Shown piece after piece: positions 24,349 through 37,800 of a stretch of 64,000 bases of DNA (positions within the stretch are counted from its first letter, which is position 1; the number at the start of each line of letters is the position of its first letter). The stretch is from the NCBI GenBank assembly GCA_026770705.1, contig JANJGN010000102.1, forward strand, positions 372,001 through 436,000, in the 5' to 3' direction. The position numbers and the translations under genes are program-made. The DNA comes from Isurus oxyrinchus. Lineage: Eukaryota. The notes under the pieces are model-generated. The model ran no database searches, was not told the DNA's origin, and saw only the letters and a list, made by a program, of their open reading frames with translations.

Positions 24349-24627
24349 ACGACCCCATAGTGTTGCTTTATCCGGGTGAACCCTTCACCTTAGGGGGGAA
24401 GAACACCCTGAATTGTTTTGTGAGTCATCTGTTTCCGCCAGTGGCCCATGTGTCCTTCCTGAAGAACGATCAGCCCCTATCTGGGCAAGTGAGGTCCTCG
24501 CAGTTCACCTTCGACAACAGCTGGACGTTTCAAATCTTGAAATATGTGCAAATTGAGCCTGCTGTCGGGGACAACTATTCGTGTGTGGTGGAGCTAGTCA
24601 CCAAGGAGCAGTTCCAAGCCTACTGGG
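24349..24627 (+). CDS. WA alpha2 Ig C1-set exon, 93 aa, beta2-microglobulin-like
   Basis: ccttccag| ... TGG G|gtacag, 279 nt phase 1-1. NTLNCFVSHLFPP and YSCVVE give the C1 disulfide. SQFTFDNSWTF aligns with b2m SDLSFSKDWSF (F56/W60); VSFLKND has no C-strand Trp, like b2m VDLLKNG. Confidence 0.92.
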
Positions 24628-25490
24628 GTACAGTCCATCATTAAAACTGGGGTACATTGATCATTAACACTGCGGTATACTTATCATTAATACTGGGGTA
24701 CAGACCATCATTAACACTGGGGTACAGATCATCATTAACACTGGGGTACAGTCCATCATTAGCACTGGGGTACAGATCATCATTAACACTGGGGTACCCT
24801 GATCATTAACACTGGGGTACAGACCATCATTAACACTGGGGTACAGATCATCATTAACACTGGGGTACAGTCCATCATTAGCACTGGGGTACAGATCATC
24901 ATTAACACTGGGTTACCCTGATCATTAACACTGGGGTACAGACCATCATTAACACTGGGGTACAGTCCATCATTAGCACTGGGATACAGTTATCATTAAC
25001 ACTGGGATATACTGATCATAAACACTGGGGTACAATTATTAACACTGGGATACACTGATCATTAACACTGGGGTACCCTGATCATTAACACTGGGGTGCA
25101 GTCCATCATTAACACTGGGGTACACTGATCATTAACACTGGAATACAATCCATCATTAACACTGGCGTACAGTCTGTCATTAACACTGGGATATACTGAT
25201 CGTTAACACTGGGATAAAGTGATCATTAACACTGGGGTACACTGACCATTAACACTGGGGTACACTGATCATTAACACTGGGGTACACTGAACCTTAGCA
25301 CTGGGATACACTGAACCTTAGCACTGGGATACACTGATCATTAGCACTGGGGTTTACTGAACATTAGCACCAGGGTACAATCCATCATTAACACTGGGAT
25401 ATACTAATCATTAACACTGGGGTACACTGATCATTAACATTTGGGTAAAGTCCATCATTCACAGTGGGATACAGTATGTCATTAACAGTG
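24621..25490 (+). repeat. 23-24-bp minisatellite beginning at the WA alpha2 splice donor
   Basis: Unit cattaacactggggtacagatcat, about 36 copies. Confidence 0.95.
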
Positions 25491-26337
25491 CGACACAGTA
25501 ACTGACAGACAAGGCACAAACTGACAGACAGACATTTACAGACTGACAGACAGGCAGAGACGAATTGACAGACATAGACTGCGAGGCAGACAGGTGCAGA
25601 CTGAGACAGATAGACACAGACTGATGGAAAGATACACAGGCAGACATTGACAGCCGGTAAAAACACACTGAAAGACAGATACACACAGGGCAGACAGGGG
25701 TTTCAGACCCATTCACAACAGCAGAGGTGAAGGTAGACACGGTCAGAGACAGACACACACACACACCACACACACAGTGACAAACACACACACACAATCA
25801 CAGAAACCCACAGTCATAAACACTCACTGTCACAAACACAGTCACAAAGATACACACTGTCATATATATGCACACAGTCGTAAATGCACACACAATCACA
25901 GACACACACTCATAACATGCAGTCACAGGCACACACATAGTCAAAGACATACACAGTCACAGACACACACAGTCATAAACACAGACAATCACAAACACAC
26001 ACAGTCACAAACACACACAGTCACAAACACACACAGTCATAAACACACACAATCACAAACACACACAGTCACAAACACACACAGTCACAAACACACACAA
26101 AGACATACACAGTCACAAACACACACAGTCACAAACACACACAGTGAAAGACATACACAGTCACAAACACACACAGTCACAAACACACACAGTGAAAGAC
26201 ATACACAGTCACAAACACACAGTCAAAGACATACACAGTCACAAACACACACAGTCACAAACACACACAGTCACAAACACACACAGTCACAGACACACAC
26301 AATTACAAACACACACACAATCAAAGACATACACACA

Positions 26338-27915
26338 GGGCAGAATTTTACATCTCGCAGATGAGTCCCCACCCGACGTGATTGGGTGTAAAATAGTGCG
26401 CGATGACATCAGGTGAGCGTCCCGACGTCATCCTGCGCTCACACGATATTTTGCTCAGTGAGCGCACATGGGAGTCGGAGCCGTGCCCATCATCAATTAG
26501 AAGGCTGCTTCAGGCCATTAAAAAGGCAATTGACCAAGGTTTCACGTTGCCTGCGATTTCATGCTCATTGCACGGGTAGGTGGGCAGCCGACATTTTGGC
26601 AAAACCTCATCCAAGGACGGGATAAAAAGGGTTAGCAGCATTGCCAGTGTGAGGACTTTGGTAGATAGTTTGCTGCCGGTTCCTTATTGGTACTTGGCAG
26701 CTTCATCTCTGTCCAGGGCTTCATTGATAGCATTTCCAGGCTGGATGTGAGGACTCCTTGATGTTTTCAAGGCTCCTGGAGGATTTTGACCGTATAGACC
26801 CTTCCAGGTGTGACCCTGGTAATGGGGATTGTGCTCCCCGCTGGAGGCACCTCCTCTGAAGAGGAAGAGAGGGGCAGAAGGGAGAGGAGGCCTGCTATCC
26901 CAATGCAGCTTCTGGGGGGGAGCGACCTGTGGGGGGAAAGGTGCAGGCACAGCGGGCACAGAGCCAGCAGGTATCCCACAGCGGAAGGGGCCTCAGTGGA
27001 CGCCACTATCCTGCTGCCAGGGTTTACAGGTGGCAGTGCAGCTACATCAATATGTCCGGCTGACCCACTGGTGCCTTGATGGCCACATGTGTGCAGTCGA
27101 TGGTACCCTGGACGCAGGGGAACCTAGCAATCATTGCAAAGCCTCTGGCTCACTCAACCTGGCTGGCCTCGTTCGTATGGAAATGAATAACTGTCAGTGC
27201 CCACCTGATCAGAGCTTCTCTCACCAGCTTCATGCAACTGTGAACAGCTGACTGGGAGACTCCACACAGATTCCCCACTGACCCCTGGAAAGTGCCAGAG
27301 GCATAGAAGTTGAGGAGCACTGTGGCCTTCAGAGCCACTGGCTTGAGGTGTCCACCCACACAACCGGAGATGATCTCAGATCCAGTCATCTGGCAAACGG
27401 AGGTCACGGTCTCCCTTGAGAGGCAGAGCCTCCTTCGGCATTGCACCTCCGACATATAGAGGTAGCTGCATCGCCGTCTGTAAACCCTAGCAGCAGGATA
27501 GTGGCATCTTCTGCAGCCCCTTCTGCCTTGGACTACCTGCTGGCCCTGCACCCCCTGTGCCTGCACCTCTCATCCCACAGGTCGCTCCCCTGGAGGCTGA
27601 ATATCGACACCTGGCCTCCTCCCCCTTCTGCCCTCTCTTCCTCCTCAGAGGAGGTGCCTCCAGCGGAGACCACAATATCCATTACCTGGGTAACAAGAGG
27701 ATGTTTGATACCTGGAAGGGTCCACATGATCTGAATTCTCCAAGGTCCTTAGAGACACCAAGGAGTCCTCAATTGAAGTCTGGAAATGCTAACAATGAAG
27801 CCCCAAACAGAGATGAAGCTGCTATATAGCAATAAGTCACCAGCAGCAAACTATCTACCAAACTCCCCACTTCTCATTTTGGCAATGCTGCTGACCCTTT
27901 TTATCCCATCCGTGG
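26338..27915 (-). mobile_element. PIF/Harbinger DNA transposon remnant (HARBI1-like transposase fragment) with an internal duplication
   Basis: LNFYASGTFQGSVGNLCGVSQSAVH...FPCVQGTIDCTHVAIKAP; gggcagaatttta terminus; 26640-27010 is repeated at 27490-27900. Confidence 0.85.
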
Positions 27916-28593
27916 ATGAGATTTTTGAAAAAAAACAGTCACAAACAAACACACACACAGTCACGCACACACACACAGTCACAAACACACTCAGTCACAA
28001 ACACAGTCACAAACAAACACCACACAGTCTCAATCACAGTCACACACGTACACACAGAGTCACAAACACGCTCAGTCACAAAGTCACGCACGCACACACA
28101 CAATCACAAACATGATTAGTCACAAACATAGTCACAAACAAACACACATATAGTCTCAAACACAGTCACGCACGCACACACACAGTCACAAATACGCTCA
28201 GTCACAAACAAAGTCACGCACGCACACACACAGTCTCAAATACGCTCAGTCACAAACAAAGTCACGCACGCACGCACACACACAGTCACAAATACGCTCA
28301 GTCACAAACAAAGTCACACACGCACACACACAGTCACAAACACGCTTAGTCACAAACACAGTCACAAACAAACACACACAGGCACAAACACGCTTAGTTA
28401 CAAACACAGTCACAAACAAACACATACACACACACAGTCACAAACACGCTCAGTCACAAACACAGTCACGCACAAACACACACACACAGTCAAAAATATG
28501 CTCAGTCACAAAAACAGTCACGCATGCACACACACACACACGATCACAAACACAGTCGCGCACAAATACACACACACACACACACACACACAC

Positions 28594-28710
28594 GGCAGAA
28601 TTTTATGACAGCGGGGATTTTACATTCCCGCTGTTGTCAATGGCATTTATAACAGCCCGCCGCATTTTACGGCTCTGTCCCCATGGTAACGGGGCCGTAA
28701 AATTCTGCCC
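28594..28710. mobile_element. Harbinger-derived MITE (~117 bp); related ends at about 48088-48410 and 52740-53048
   Basis: TIR ggcagaatttta ... taaaattctgcc. Confidence 0.75.
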
Positions 28711-28872
28711 ACACAGTCACAAACATGCTCAGTCACAAACACAGTCATGCACAAATACACATACACATTTACACACACACAGTCAAAATCATGCTTAGTC
28801 ACAAACACAGTCACGGACAAGCACACACACACAGACAAAAACATGCTCAGTTACAAACACAGTCATGCACAA

Positions 28873-28903
<31 letters not shown>

Positions 28904-29230
28904 GACAAAAACATGCTCAGTCACAAACACAGTCACGCATACACACACAGTCACAAACATGCTCAGTTACAAACACAATCACGCATTCACACAGTCACAA
29001 ACAGTTACACACACACACACACACAGTCACAAACACAATCGCAGTCACAGACATACACACACACTCACAAATCTGCTCAGTCTCAAACACAGTCAGGCAC
29101 ACACACACATACACAAAGAACGCACACACACAAACATTTACACACAGACTCATACAAACGCACACATATTACATACACATAGAGAATCAAACTAACTAAA
29201 TTAAACTAACTAATACCCTTCGATTTACAG

Positions 29231-29355
29231 AGGCAACGGCATCAGACAATCATAAAAACCCAGTACAGATTGCAATCTGCACAGTCGGCTTTGTGATTGG
29301 TGCCCTGGGGATGATGACTGGCCTCTGCCTGATTTTCTACAAGCGGGGAAATGAG
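29231..29355 (+). CDS. WA connecting peptide/transmembrane exon, EATASDNHKNPVQIAICTVGFVIGALGMMTGLCLIFYKRGNE
   Basis: ctaat branch-like motif plus tttacag| acceptor (phase 1), donor GAG|gtaaat (phase 0); CxxGxxxGxxGxxxG is the MHC class II alpha TM signature. Confidence 0.9.
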
Positions 29356-29619
29356 GTAAATCGATTTAATTGTCTCTGGGGGCGGATATCTCTGACCTTC
29401 CAGCCAAACAAATTGCTGAGAAATAGGTTTCTCTCCAAACTCCTCTTTGTTAATGAACTATGCTCAGCACCGGCAACAATCAGCACAGGAGAAATTAAAC
29501 TGTTCACGGTGGAATGAGTTTGAGGTAGTTAGTATTGATTGCTCAAATCTCACACCAAACTGCATGGGGTAGGGTAAAACTCGAATGAGACCAGTAAAGA
29601 ACTCTGTTCTCAGTTGAAA

Positions 29620-31530
29620 ATTTGATGGGGACTGTGTAGAGGAGCTTTACTCTGTACCTAGCCCCGTGCCGTACCTGTCCTGGGAGTGTTTGATGGGGAC
29701 AGTGTAGAGGGAGCTTTACTCTGTATCTAACCCCGTGCTGTACCTGTCCTGGGAGTGTTTGATGGGGACAGTGTCGAGGGAGCTTTACTCTGTATCTAAC
29801 CCCGTGCTGTACCTGTCTTGGGAGTGTTTGATGGGGACGGTGTAGAGGAGCTTTACTCTGTATCTAACCCCATGCTGTACCTGTCCTGGGAGTGTTTGAT
29901 GGGGACAGTGTAGAGGGAGCTTTACTCTGTATCTAACCCTGTGCTGTACCTGTCCTGGGAGTGTTTGATGGGGACAGTGTCGAGGGAGCTTTACTCTGTA
30001 TCTAACCCCGTGCTGTACCTGTCCTGGGAGTGTTTGATGGGGACGGTGTAGAGGGAGCTTTACTCTGTATCTAACCCCATGCTGTACCTGTCCTGGGAGT
30101 GTTTGATGGGGACAGTGTAGAGGGAGCTTTACTCTGTATCTAACCCTGCGCTGTACCTGTCCTGGGAGTGTTTGATGGGGACAATGTAGAGGGAGCTTTA
30201 CTCTGTACCTAGCCCCGTGCTGTACCTGTCCTGGGAGTGTTTGATGGGGACAGTGTACAGGGAACTTTACTCTGTATCTAACCCCGTGCTGTACCTGTCC
30301 TGGGAGTGTTTGATGGGGACGGTGTAGAGGGAGCTTTACTCTGTATCTAACCCTGTGCTGTACCTGTCCTGGGAGTGTTTGATGGGGACGGTGTAGAGGG
30401 AGCTTTACTCTGTATCTAACCCCGTGCTGTACCTGTCCTGGGAGTGTTCGATGAGAACGGTGTAGAGGAAGCTTTAAACTTTATCAAAACCCGTGCTGTA
30501 CCTGTCCTGGGAGTGTTTGATGGGGTCAGTGTACAGGGAACTTTACTCATTATCTAACCCCGTGCTGTACCTTTCCTGGGAGTGTTTGATGGGGACGGTG
30601 TAGAGGGAGCTTTACTCTGTATCTAACCCCGTGCGGTACCTGTCTTGGGAGTGTTTGATGGGGACAGTGTAGAGGGAGCTTTACTCTGTATCTAACCCCG
30701 TGCTGTACCTGTCCTGGGAGTGTTTGATGGGGACAGTGTAGAGGGAGCTTTACTCAGTATCTAACCCTGTGCTGTACCTGTCCTGGGAGTGTTCGATGAG
30801 AACGGTGTAGAGGAAGCTTTAAACTTTATCAAAACCCGTGCTGTACCTGTCCTAGGAGTGTTTGATGGGGTCAGTGTACAGGGAACTTTACTCTGTATCT
30901 AACCCCGTGCTGTACCTGTCCTGGGAGTGTTTGATGGGGACGGTGTAGAGGGAGCTTTACTCTGTATCTAACCCCGTGCTGTACCTGTCCTGGGAGTGTT
31001 TGATGGGGACGGTGTAGAGGGAGCTTTACTCTGTATCTAACCCCGTGCTGTACCTGTCCTGGGAGTGTTTGATGGGGATGGTGTAGAGGGAGCTTTACTC
31101 TGTATCTAACCCCGTGCTGTAGCTGTCCTGGGAGTGTTTGATGGGGACGGTGTAGAGGGAGCTTTACTCTGTATCTAACCCCGTGCTATACCTGTCCTGG
31201 GTGTGTTTGATGGGGATGGTGTAGAGGGAGCTTTACTCTGTATCTAACCCCGTGCTGTACCTGTCCTGGGAGTGTTTGATGGGGACGGTGTAGAGGGAGC
31301 TTTTCTCTGTATCTAACCCCGTGCTGTACCTGTTCTGGGAGTGTTTGATGGGGACAGTGTAGAGAGAGCTTTATTCTGTATCTAACCCCGTGCTGTACCT
31401 GTCCTGGGAGTGTTTGATGGGGACAGTGTAGAGGCAGCTTTATACCGTATCTAACCCCGTGCTGTATCTGTCCTGGGAGTGTTTCATGGGGACGGTGTAG
31501 AGAGAGCTTTACACTGTATCTAACCCTGTG
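29620..31530 (-). repeat. 69-bp satellite array (~28 units)
   Basis: Unit gagctttactctgtatctaaccccgtgctgtacctgtcctgggagtgtttgatggggacagtgtagagg. Confidence 0.97.
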
Positions 31531-32102
31531 CTTCAATACCCCTGGACTAAGGAGGCTTCAGACATCCTGGTTCCCTGATCTCTTTGCCAGTGAGCCCTAT
31601 CCATTTGGGACAGTTTCGGTTTGGCTATCGTGCTACCTCCAAGGTCGATTAGCCTACCGAGATCTACCACATGCATGAAGAACAGCTGCCAGGGTGTGCT
31701 ATCTGAGGCCCATGGAAACTATAGCCCTTAAAGCAGCAGGGGAGAACGGCGGGTGGGCAGAATATTGAATCTGATGGCTGGGTGCTCGGTTTGGCAGACA
31801 CCCAGCACTACAAATATCTTTTGTCACAAACAAGGTGGGGTCCAGGGATCAGCAAACCATACCTGCGGAGGAGCCACAGGACTCGATGCTGAATGGAGAA
31901 GGGGCACAAGATGAAGGGACCCGTGTGGATCGGAGTGATCCAAACCAACCAGCAGAATGTTGAGCCAATCTGTGTCCTAATCTGATCTCACACACACACT
32001 CTTGTTCCTCAAAACTGTGTTTCCTTCAAAAAAAATTACATAATTTCTGCAAACGTGATACTGTTTTATTGTTAATTTTAGACTTTGTAAATAGTGTGTG
32101 TA

Positions 32103-32182
<80 letters not shown>

Positions 32183-34754
32183 GTTTAACATTCTGCCCGT
32201 CTCTCTCTCCCTGCCACTTTGAGGTTTGGAAGCACTTCCTCATTCCAGGGATGAGGAACTTGAGTACATAGAATCGTTGGCTGGCACAGCACAGAAGGAG
32301 GTCATTCAGCTCATCGTGCCTGTGCTTACTGTTTGAAAGAGCCATCCAATTGGTCCCCTATTCTCCATGGATAAAATTTTTCCCCTTCAAGTATTTATTC
32401 AATTTCCCCTTTTTGAGCGTGAATCTGCTACCACTGCCCTTTCAGGCAGTGCCTTCCAGATCACAACAACTCGCTGCATCAAAAAAATTCTCCTCATTTC
32501 CCCCTCTGGTTCTTCTACCGATTCTCTTCAATCTGTTTGAACCCCCTCCCACCACCCCCCCTCTGGTTACCGCCCCACCTGCCACTGGAAACAGTTTCTC
32601 CTTATTTACTCAATTGAAACCTTTCATGATTTTGGATGCCTCGATTCAATCTCCCCTTTAACCTTCTCTGCACCAAGGAGAACAATCCCAGCTTCTCCAG
32701 TCCCTCCACATGAACTGAGGTCCCCTCATCCCTGGGAACCGTTCTGGTAAATCTCCTGTGCCTTCCCTGGTACAGGAGATGGTACTGAGGGAGTTCCGTG
32801 GATGGATTGGAGAAGTTGGGAGTGTTCTCCTTGGGAAGAGAAAGTTGAGAAGAGATTTGAAAGAGGTGTTCAAAATCTCAAGAGGCTCTGGGACAGAGTA
32901 GATAGGGAGAAACTGTTCCCATTGGCGGAAGGATTGAAAACCAAAGGGACACAGATTTAAGGCGGTTGGTAAAAGAAGCAATGGGGACATGAGGAGAAAC
33001 TTTTTCATGCAGTGAGTGGTTAGGATCTGGAATGTGCTGCCTGAGAATGTGGTGGAGGCAGGGTCAATCGAGGCTTTCCGAAGGGGAATTTGTTCATTAT
33101 CTGAAAAGGAAGAATGTGCAGGGTTACGGGGAGAAGCCATGGGATGGCACCAGTTGAATTGCTCATGCGGAGAGCCAGTGCAGACACGATGAGCCAAATG
33201 GCTTGCTCCCCGTGACGTAGCAATTCGGTGATTCTGATTAACTGCCCAGAGATGCTCACATCTGTGGACGGCAGCTGAAGACTATGGTTGATTCTGCTGC
33301 CTTCACATGCGTTTTGAGCGCAGAGTCGAAGACCGAGAACATAGGAGGCCATTCAGCCCCTCAGGTCTATATCCCCATTCAACAAGATCACGGCTGATCT
33401 GTGACCTATATCCAGATACCCACCTTTGCCCCAGATCCCTTAATACCTTTGGCTAACAAAAATCTCTCAATCTCAGTTTAAAATTAACTGACCCGGCATT
33501 AATTGCCATTTGGTGAAGAGAGTTCCAAACCCCGACCACCCTTTGTGTGTCGAAGTCTTTCCTCACTTCACTCTCATTTTTGGACTCTGCCCTCTCATCC
33601 CAGGCTTCCCCAACCAGCGGGAAACAGTTTCCCTCTGTCAACACTCTCAGTTCCCCTTAATGTCCTGAAAACTTTGATTAAATCACTCCCTGAATCTTCT
33701 AAATTCTGGGGAATACAACCCTTGTTTGTATAAATGGATCACCCGGGAGAGATTCTATTGGATCCAGTATCGCAATGGAATTCAAGGCCTTCGAGACAGC
33801 TGGGGCAGGTTATGCTACATGGATAAAACTGGAAGAAAGCATTTATAAACAATGAGTAAAATATACTGCGGGTGGCTATTGAACAATAAATTGGGAATAT
33901 CTTGCACATATGAACGTATGAATTAGGAACAGGAGTAGGCCACTCAGCCCCTCGAGCCTGCTCCGCCATTCAATATCATGGCTGATCTGATTGTAACCTC
34001 AACCCCACATTCCTGCCAACCCCCCGATAACCTTTCACCCCCTTGTTAATTCAGAATCTGTCCACCTCTGCCTTAAAAATATTCAAAGGCTCTGCTTCCA
34101 CTGTCATTTGAGGAAGAAAGTTCCAAAGGCACTCGAACCTCTGAGAGACAAGATTTCTCCTCATCTCCATCCTAAATGGGCGAACCCTTACATTTAAACA
34201 GTGACCCCACGTTCTAGATTCTCCCACAAGAGGAAACGTCCTCTCTACATCCACCCTGTCAAGACCACTCAGGATCTTAAAGGTTTCAATCAAGTAGCCT
34301 CTTACTCTTCTAAACTCTAGCGGATACAAGCCTAGCCTGACCAATCTTTCCTCATAAGACAATCCACCCATTCCAGGTATTACTCTGGTAAACCTTCTCT
34401 GACCTGCTTCTAACACATTTACATCCTTCCTTAAATAAGGTGACCAATACTGTACATGATACTCCAAATGTGGTCTCACCAGTGCCCTGTACAACTGAAG
34501 CAAAACCTCCCTACTTTTGTGTTCAATTTAGCTCACAAAAAAATGCTATCATTCTATTAGCTTTCCTAATGACTTGCTGTGCCTGCATATGAGCCTTCTG
34601 TGATTCATGCAGTAGGACACCCAGATCCCTCTGCACCTCAGAGCTCTGGGCCCATTGAATGTATGGAAAATATCCGATTGTGCCAGCTGGCCTCATCCTA
34701 TGCAATAAATCCAGAATCTATTCATCCCTCACCATGCAATGTGTATTTTGAGAG

Positions 34755-34884
34755 TTGGCGAAGGCTGGTGAAGGTGTCACCGCCTGCCCCTCACCGCCTG
34801 CGAGGAAGTAATGAGATGTCTGTTCTGAGAACAACAGTTCAGAGACGCTCCCTAAACAACGTGCGGAGAAACGTGTCCAACTAA
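34755..34884 (+). CDS. Probable WA terminal cytoplasmic exon, (S)WRRLVKVSPPAPHRLRGSNEMSVLRTTVQRRSLNNVRRNVSN*
   Basis: Reachable in frame via acceptor 34753 (phase 0), or via 34755 with a weak candidate 0-to-2 micro-exon at 33768-33808. Paralogous block near 10600 (-) keeps APxRLRGSN with synonymous changes; ATTAAA at 35007-35012. Confidence 0.5.
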
Positions 34885-37800
34885 AAGTCTTCAAGCCTTC
34901 CACCCCCCGCTGATCAGGTCCAATGTGCCTCTTGCGCGCACGTAGCTTGATTCCTTTAGCGACGAACACTGCTACCCCCAACTGAGACAAGATCCCGCCT
35001 GCAATCATTAAAAACTCACAGTGCCGGTCCCACCTTCCTCTATTGTCCGTAACCCTGGAAGCTCCTCATCCTCGAGAAACTGTTCAACTCCCTTTTGAAA
35101 GTATTGATTCAGCTTAGGGCGTTTTATAAGGGACATATCTTTTTAATTCTGTCGGGCTGTTGTAAAGAACATATCCTTTAAGTTTCTGTTGGACTGTCGA
35201 TTAGAATTACAACAGCTGCAGGTTGAAAGGCATGCCCACTGGGACAGGATGAGGGGTAAATACAATGTTGCAGTTCTGGGACAGAGTGTGTCATGAAAGA
35301 CAGGATGGTGCCAGAAAGAAATTCAGGACCAAGGGAGCAGACTGACAATAGCAACAGACGGTGGTATAGTGGTATTGTCACTAGATTGGTATTCTAGAGA
35401 TCCAGGGAAATGCTCTGGATACGCATGTTTGAATCTCACCATGGCAGAAAGTGAAATTTGAATTCAATAAAAATCTCCAATTAAAAGCCTGATGTTGACC
35501 ATGTTGTAAAAACCCATCTGGTTCACTAATGTCCTTTAGGAAAAGAAATCTGCTGTCCTTACATGTGTACATCCAAACCCACAGCACATGGTGGACTCTT
35601 AAAATGCTCCATGAACAAGGAGCAATTAGGGATGGGCAATAAATGCTGGCCTAGCCAGCAAAGCTTGCATGCCACAAACAAATAAAAAAACAAATCTACC
35701 ACCTTAAACATTCACTCCCTCCACCACTGATGCACAGTGGCAGCAGTGTGTGTACCATCAACAAGATGCACTGCAGGAACTCACCAAGGCTCCTTTGACA
35801 GTGCTGCCCAAACCATGACTTTTACCATCTAGAAGGACAAGGGCAGCAGAAACATAGGAACACCACCACCTGGAGGAACACCACCCCTCTGAGCCACTCG
35901 CCATCCTGACTTGGAAATATATCGGCTGTTCCTTCACTGTCGCTAGGCCAAAATCCTGGAACTCCCTCCCTAACAGAACTATGGGTGTACCTCCACCGCA
36001 AGGACTGCAGTGGTTCAAGAAGGTGGCTCACCACCACCTTCTCCAAGGGCAATAAATGCTGGGCCCAGCCAGCAATGCTTGTTGTGATGCCTTGCAGGCC
36101 CACTCAACCTGTCCGCTTAGCAGTGACAGCAGGCTGAGGGCTGTTCCGGGCCACGGTGTTTACTGATTGAGGTGGAGTGATGCTTCTGCTGAAGGCCCAG
36201 GGCAGCCTCACTGTTGCCCAGTGGCTTGCTTAAGAACCCGATCTGAGATGCCAATTAGGGGGTTGTGTACAGTGTCAGCTGGGCCGAGAGGGCCTGGGGT
36301 TGGGGGGCTGACGGGTTGGAAGCAAGAAAGAGGGGACTGATTCCTGACTTTGGGGGCTGGGTTTGTGAGGGTCTATCATATAAAACATCAGCGACCTTAT
36401 GTATAACACTTAGACCTTGTTATTCTTTCACGAAATGTGAGTGTCGCTGGTGAGGCCAGCATTTATTGCCCATCCCTAATTGCCCTCAAACTGAATGTCT
36501 TGCAAGGGCCATTTCAGTGGGCAATCAGAGGTCAACCACATTGCTGTGGGCCTGGAGTCACGTGTAGGTCAGACGGGGTAAGTAAGGCAGATTTCCCTCC
36601 CTATAGGACATTTAGTGAACCAAGTGGGTTTTTACAACAATCGATGATAATTTTCATGGGCACCGTCACAGATTCTGGCTTCTAATTACAGATTTATTCA
36701 CAGGATGTGGGCATCGCTGGCTAAGCCAGTATTTAATGCCCATCCCTAAAGGCCCTTTGGGAAGTTGCTGGTGAGCTGCCTTCTTGAACTACAGGAGTCC
36801 ATGTACTGTAGGTACATCCACAGCGCTGTGAGGGAGGGAGTTCCAGGATTCTGACCCAGCGACAGTGAAGTAATGGCTGATATATTTCCAAGTCAGGATG
36901 GTGAGTGGCTCAGAGGGGAATTTCCAGGTGGTGGTGTTCCCATGTACCTGCTGCCCTTGTCCTTTTAGATGGTAGAGGTCTTGGGTTTGGAAGGTGCTGT
37001 CTATGGAGGTGAGTTCCTGTAGTGCATCTCGCAGATGGTACACAGAAATTCACCAAGGCTCCTTTGACAGCACCTTGCAAAATTCCACCAGCTGCCGTGA
37101 TGGGATTTGAACCAGTGTGCCTAGGGCATTAGCTTGGTCCTCTGGATTACTCATCTAGTGATATTACCACAACACCACTGGCTCCCATTGTGATCTCCTG
37201 AGCTGGTTACGATCACCTGACGGGTGTTGGAGAGGAATTTTCCAGCCAAATTTGTTTTCCCTTCTGGGTCCTGCCCTTGCTTTTGTTTGCCTCTCCTAGT
37301 AGTTACATAGCTCCAGTAGGGGCGGGGTAAGTGTTTAGTCCCAAAGCTTTTGCCATCATGGTACAGGGCTGGCTTGATGGGCCAGCTAAACCCCTCCTGT
37401 TTCGTATGTAATGCAACCCAGGGCCAAGTGACAGAATTTGATGCACCGCGGTGAGACACAATACCAGCAGCTCTGGTTTCGCTCATTCACAGATGTAGCC
37501 GCAACTCGACAGGTGCAGCAAGCGATTCAGTAGCCAAATGGAATGTTGTCCTTTATAGTGAGGGGGATGGACTACAGAAGTCGGGAAGACTTGCTACAAC
37601 TGTACAGGGCGTTGGTGAGACTGCTCCTGGGGCATTGTGTACAGTTCTGGTCTCCATACTTAAGGAGGGATAGACTCGCATTGAAAGCCATTCAGAGAAT
37701 GTTCGCTTGGCTGATTCCTGGGAATGAAGGGGTTTCTCTTATGAGGAAAGGTTGAGCAGGTTGAGTCTGTATCCATTGGAGTTTAGAAGAATGAGAGGTG

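Larger units (their letters stand above)
25500..29185. repeat. CA-rich compound microsatellite, (cacagtcacaaacaca)n, interrupted by Harbinger elements
   Basis: Direct inspection; source of the T/H-rich spurious ORFs. Confidence 0.95.

Noticed and set aside
24349-24627. Calling this exon b2m or an ordinary class II alpha/DMA
   Set aside because: b2m has no alpha1 or TM exon; ordinary class II alpha2 keeps the C-strand Trp and lacks the W60-equivalent Trp.
25777-26416. His/Thr-rich ORFs (also 28725-29199)
   Set aside because: CA-microsatellite translations.
27000-27566. Host HARBI1 gene
   Set aside because: Fragmented, has a stop and an internal duplication, and carries a TIR-like end; a transposon remnant.
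29620-31530. 69-bp array as a CRISPR-like or coding repeat
   Set aside because: Contiguous tandem units without unique spacers, dispersed at five sites in both orientations; a vertebrate satellite.
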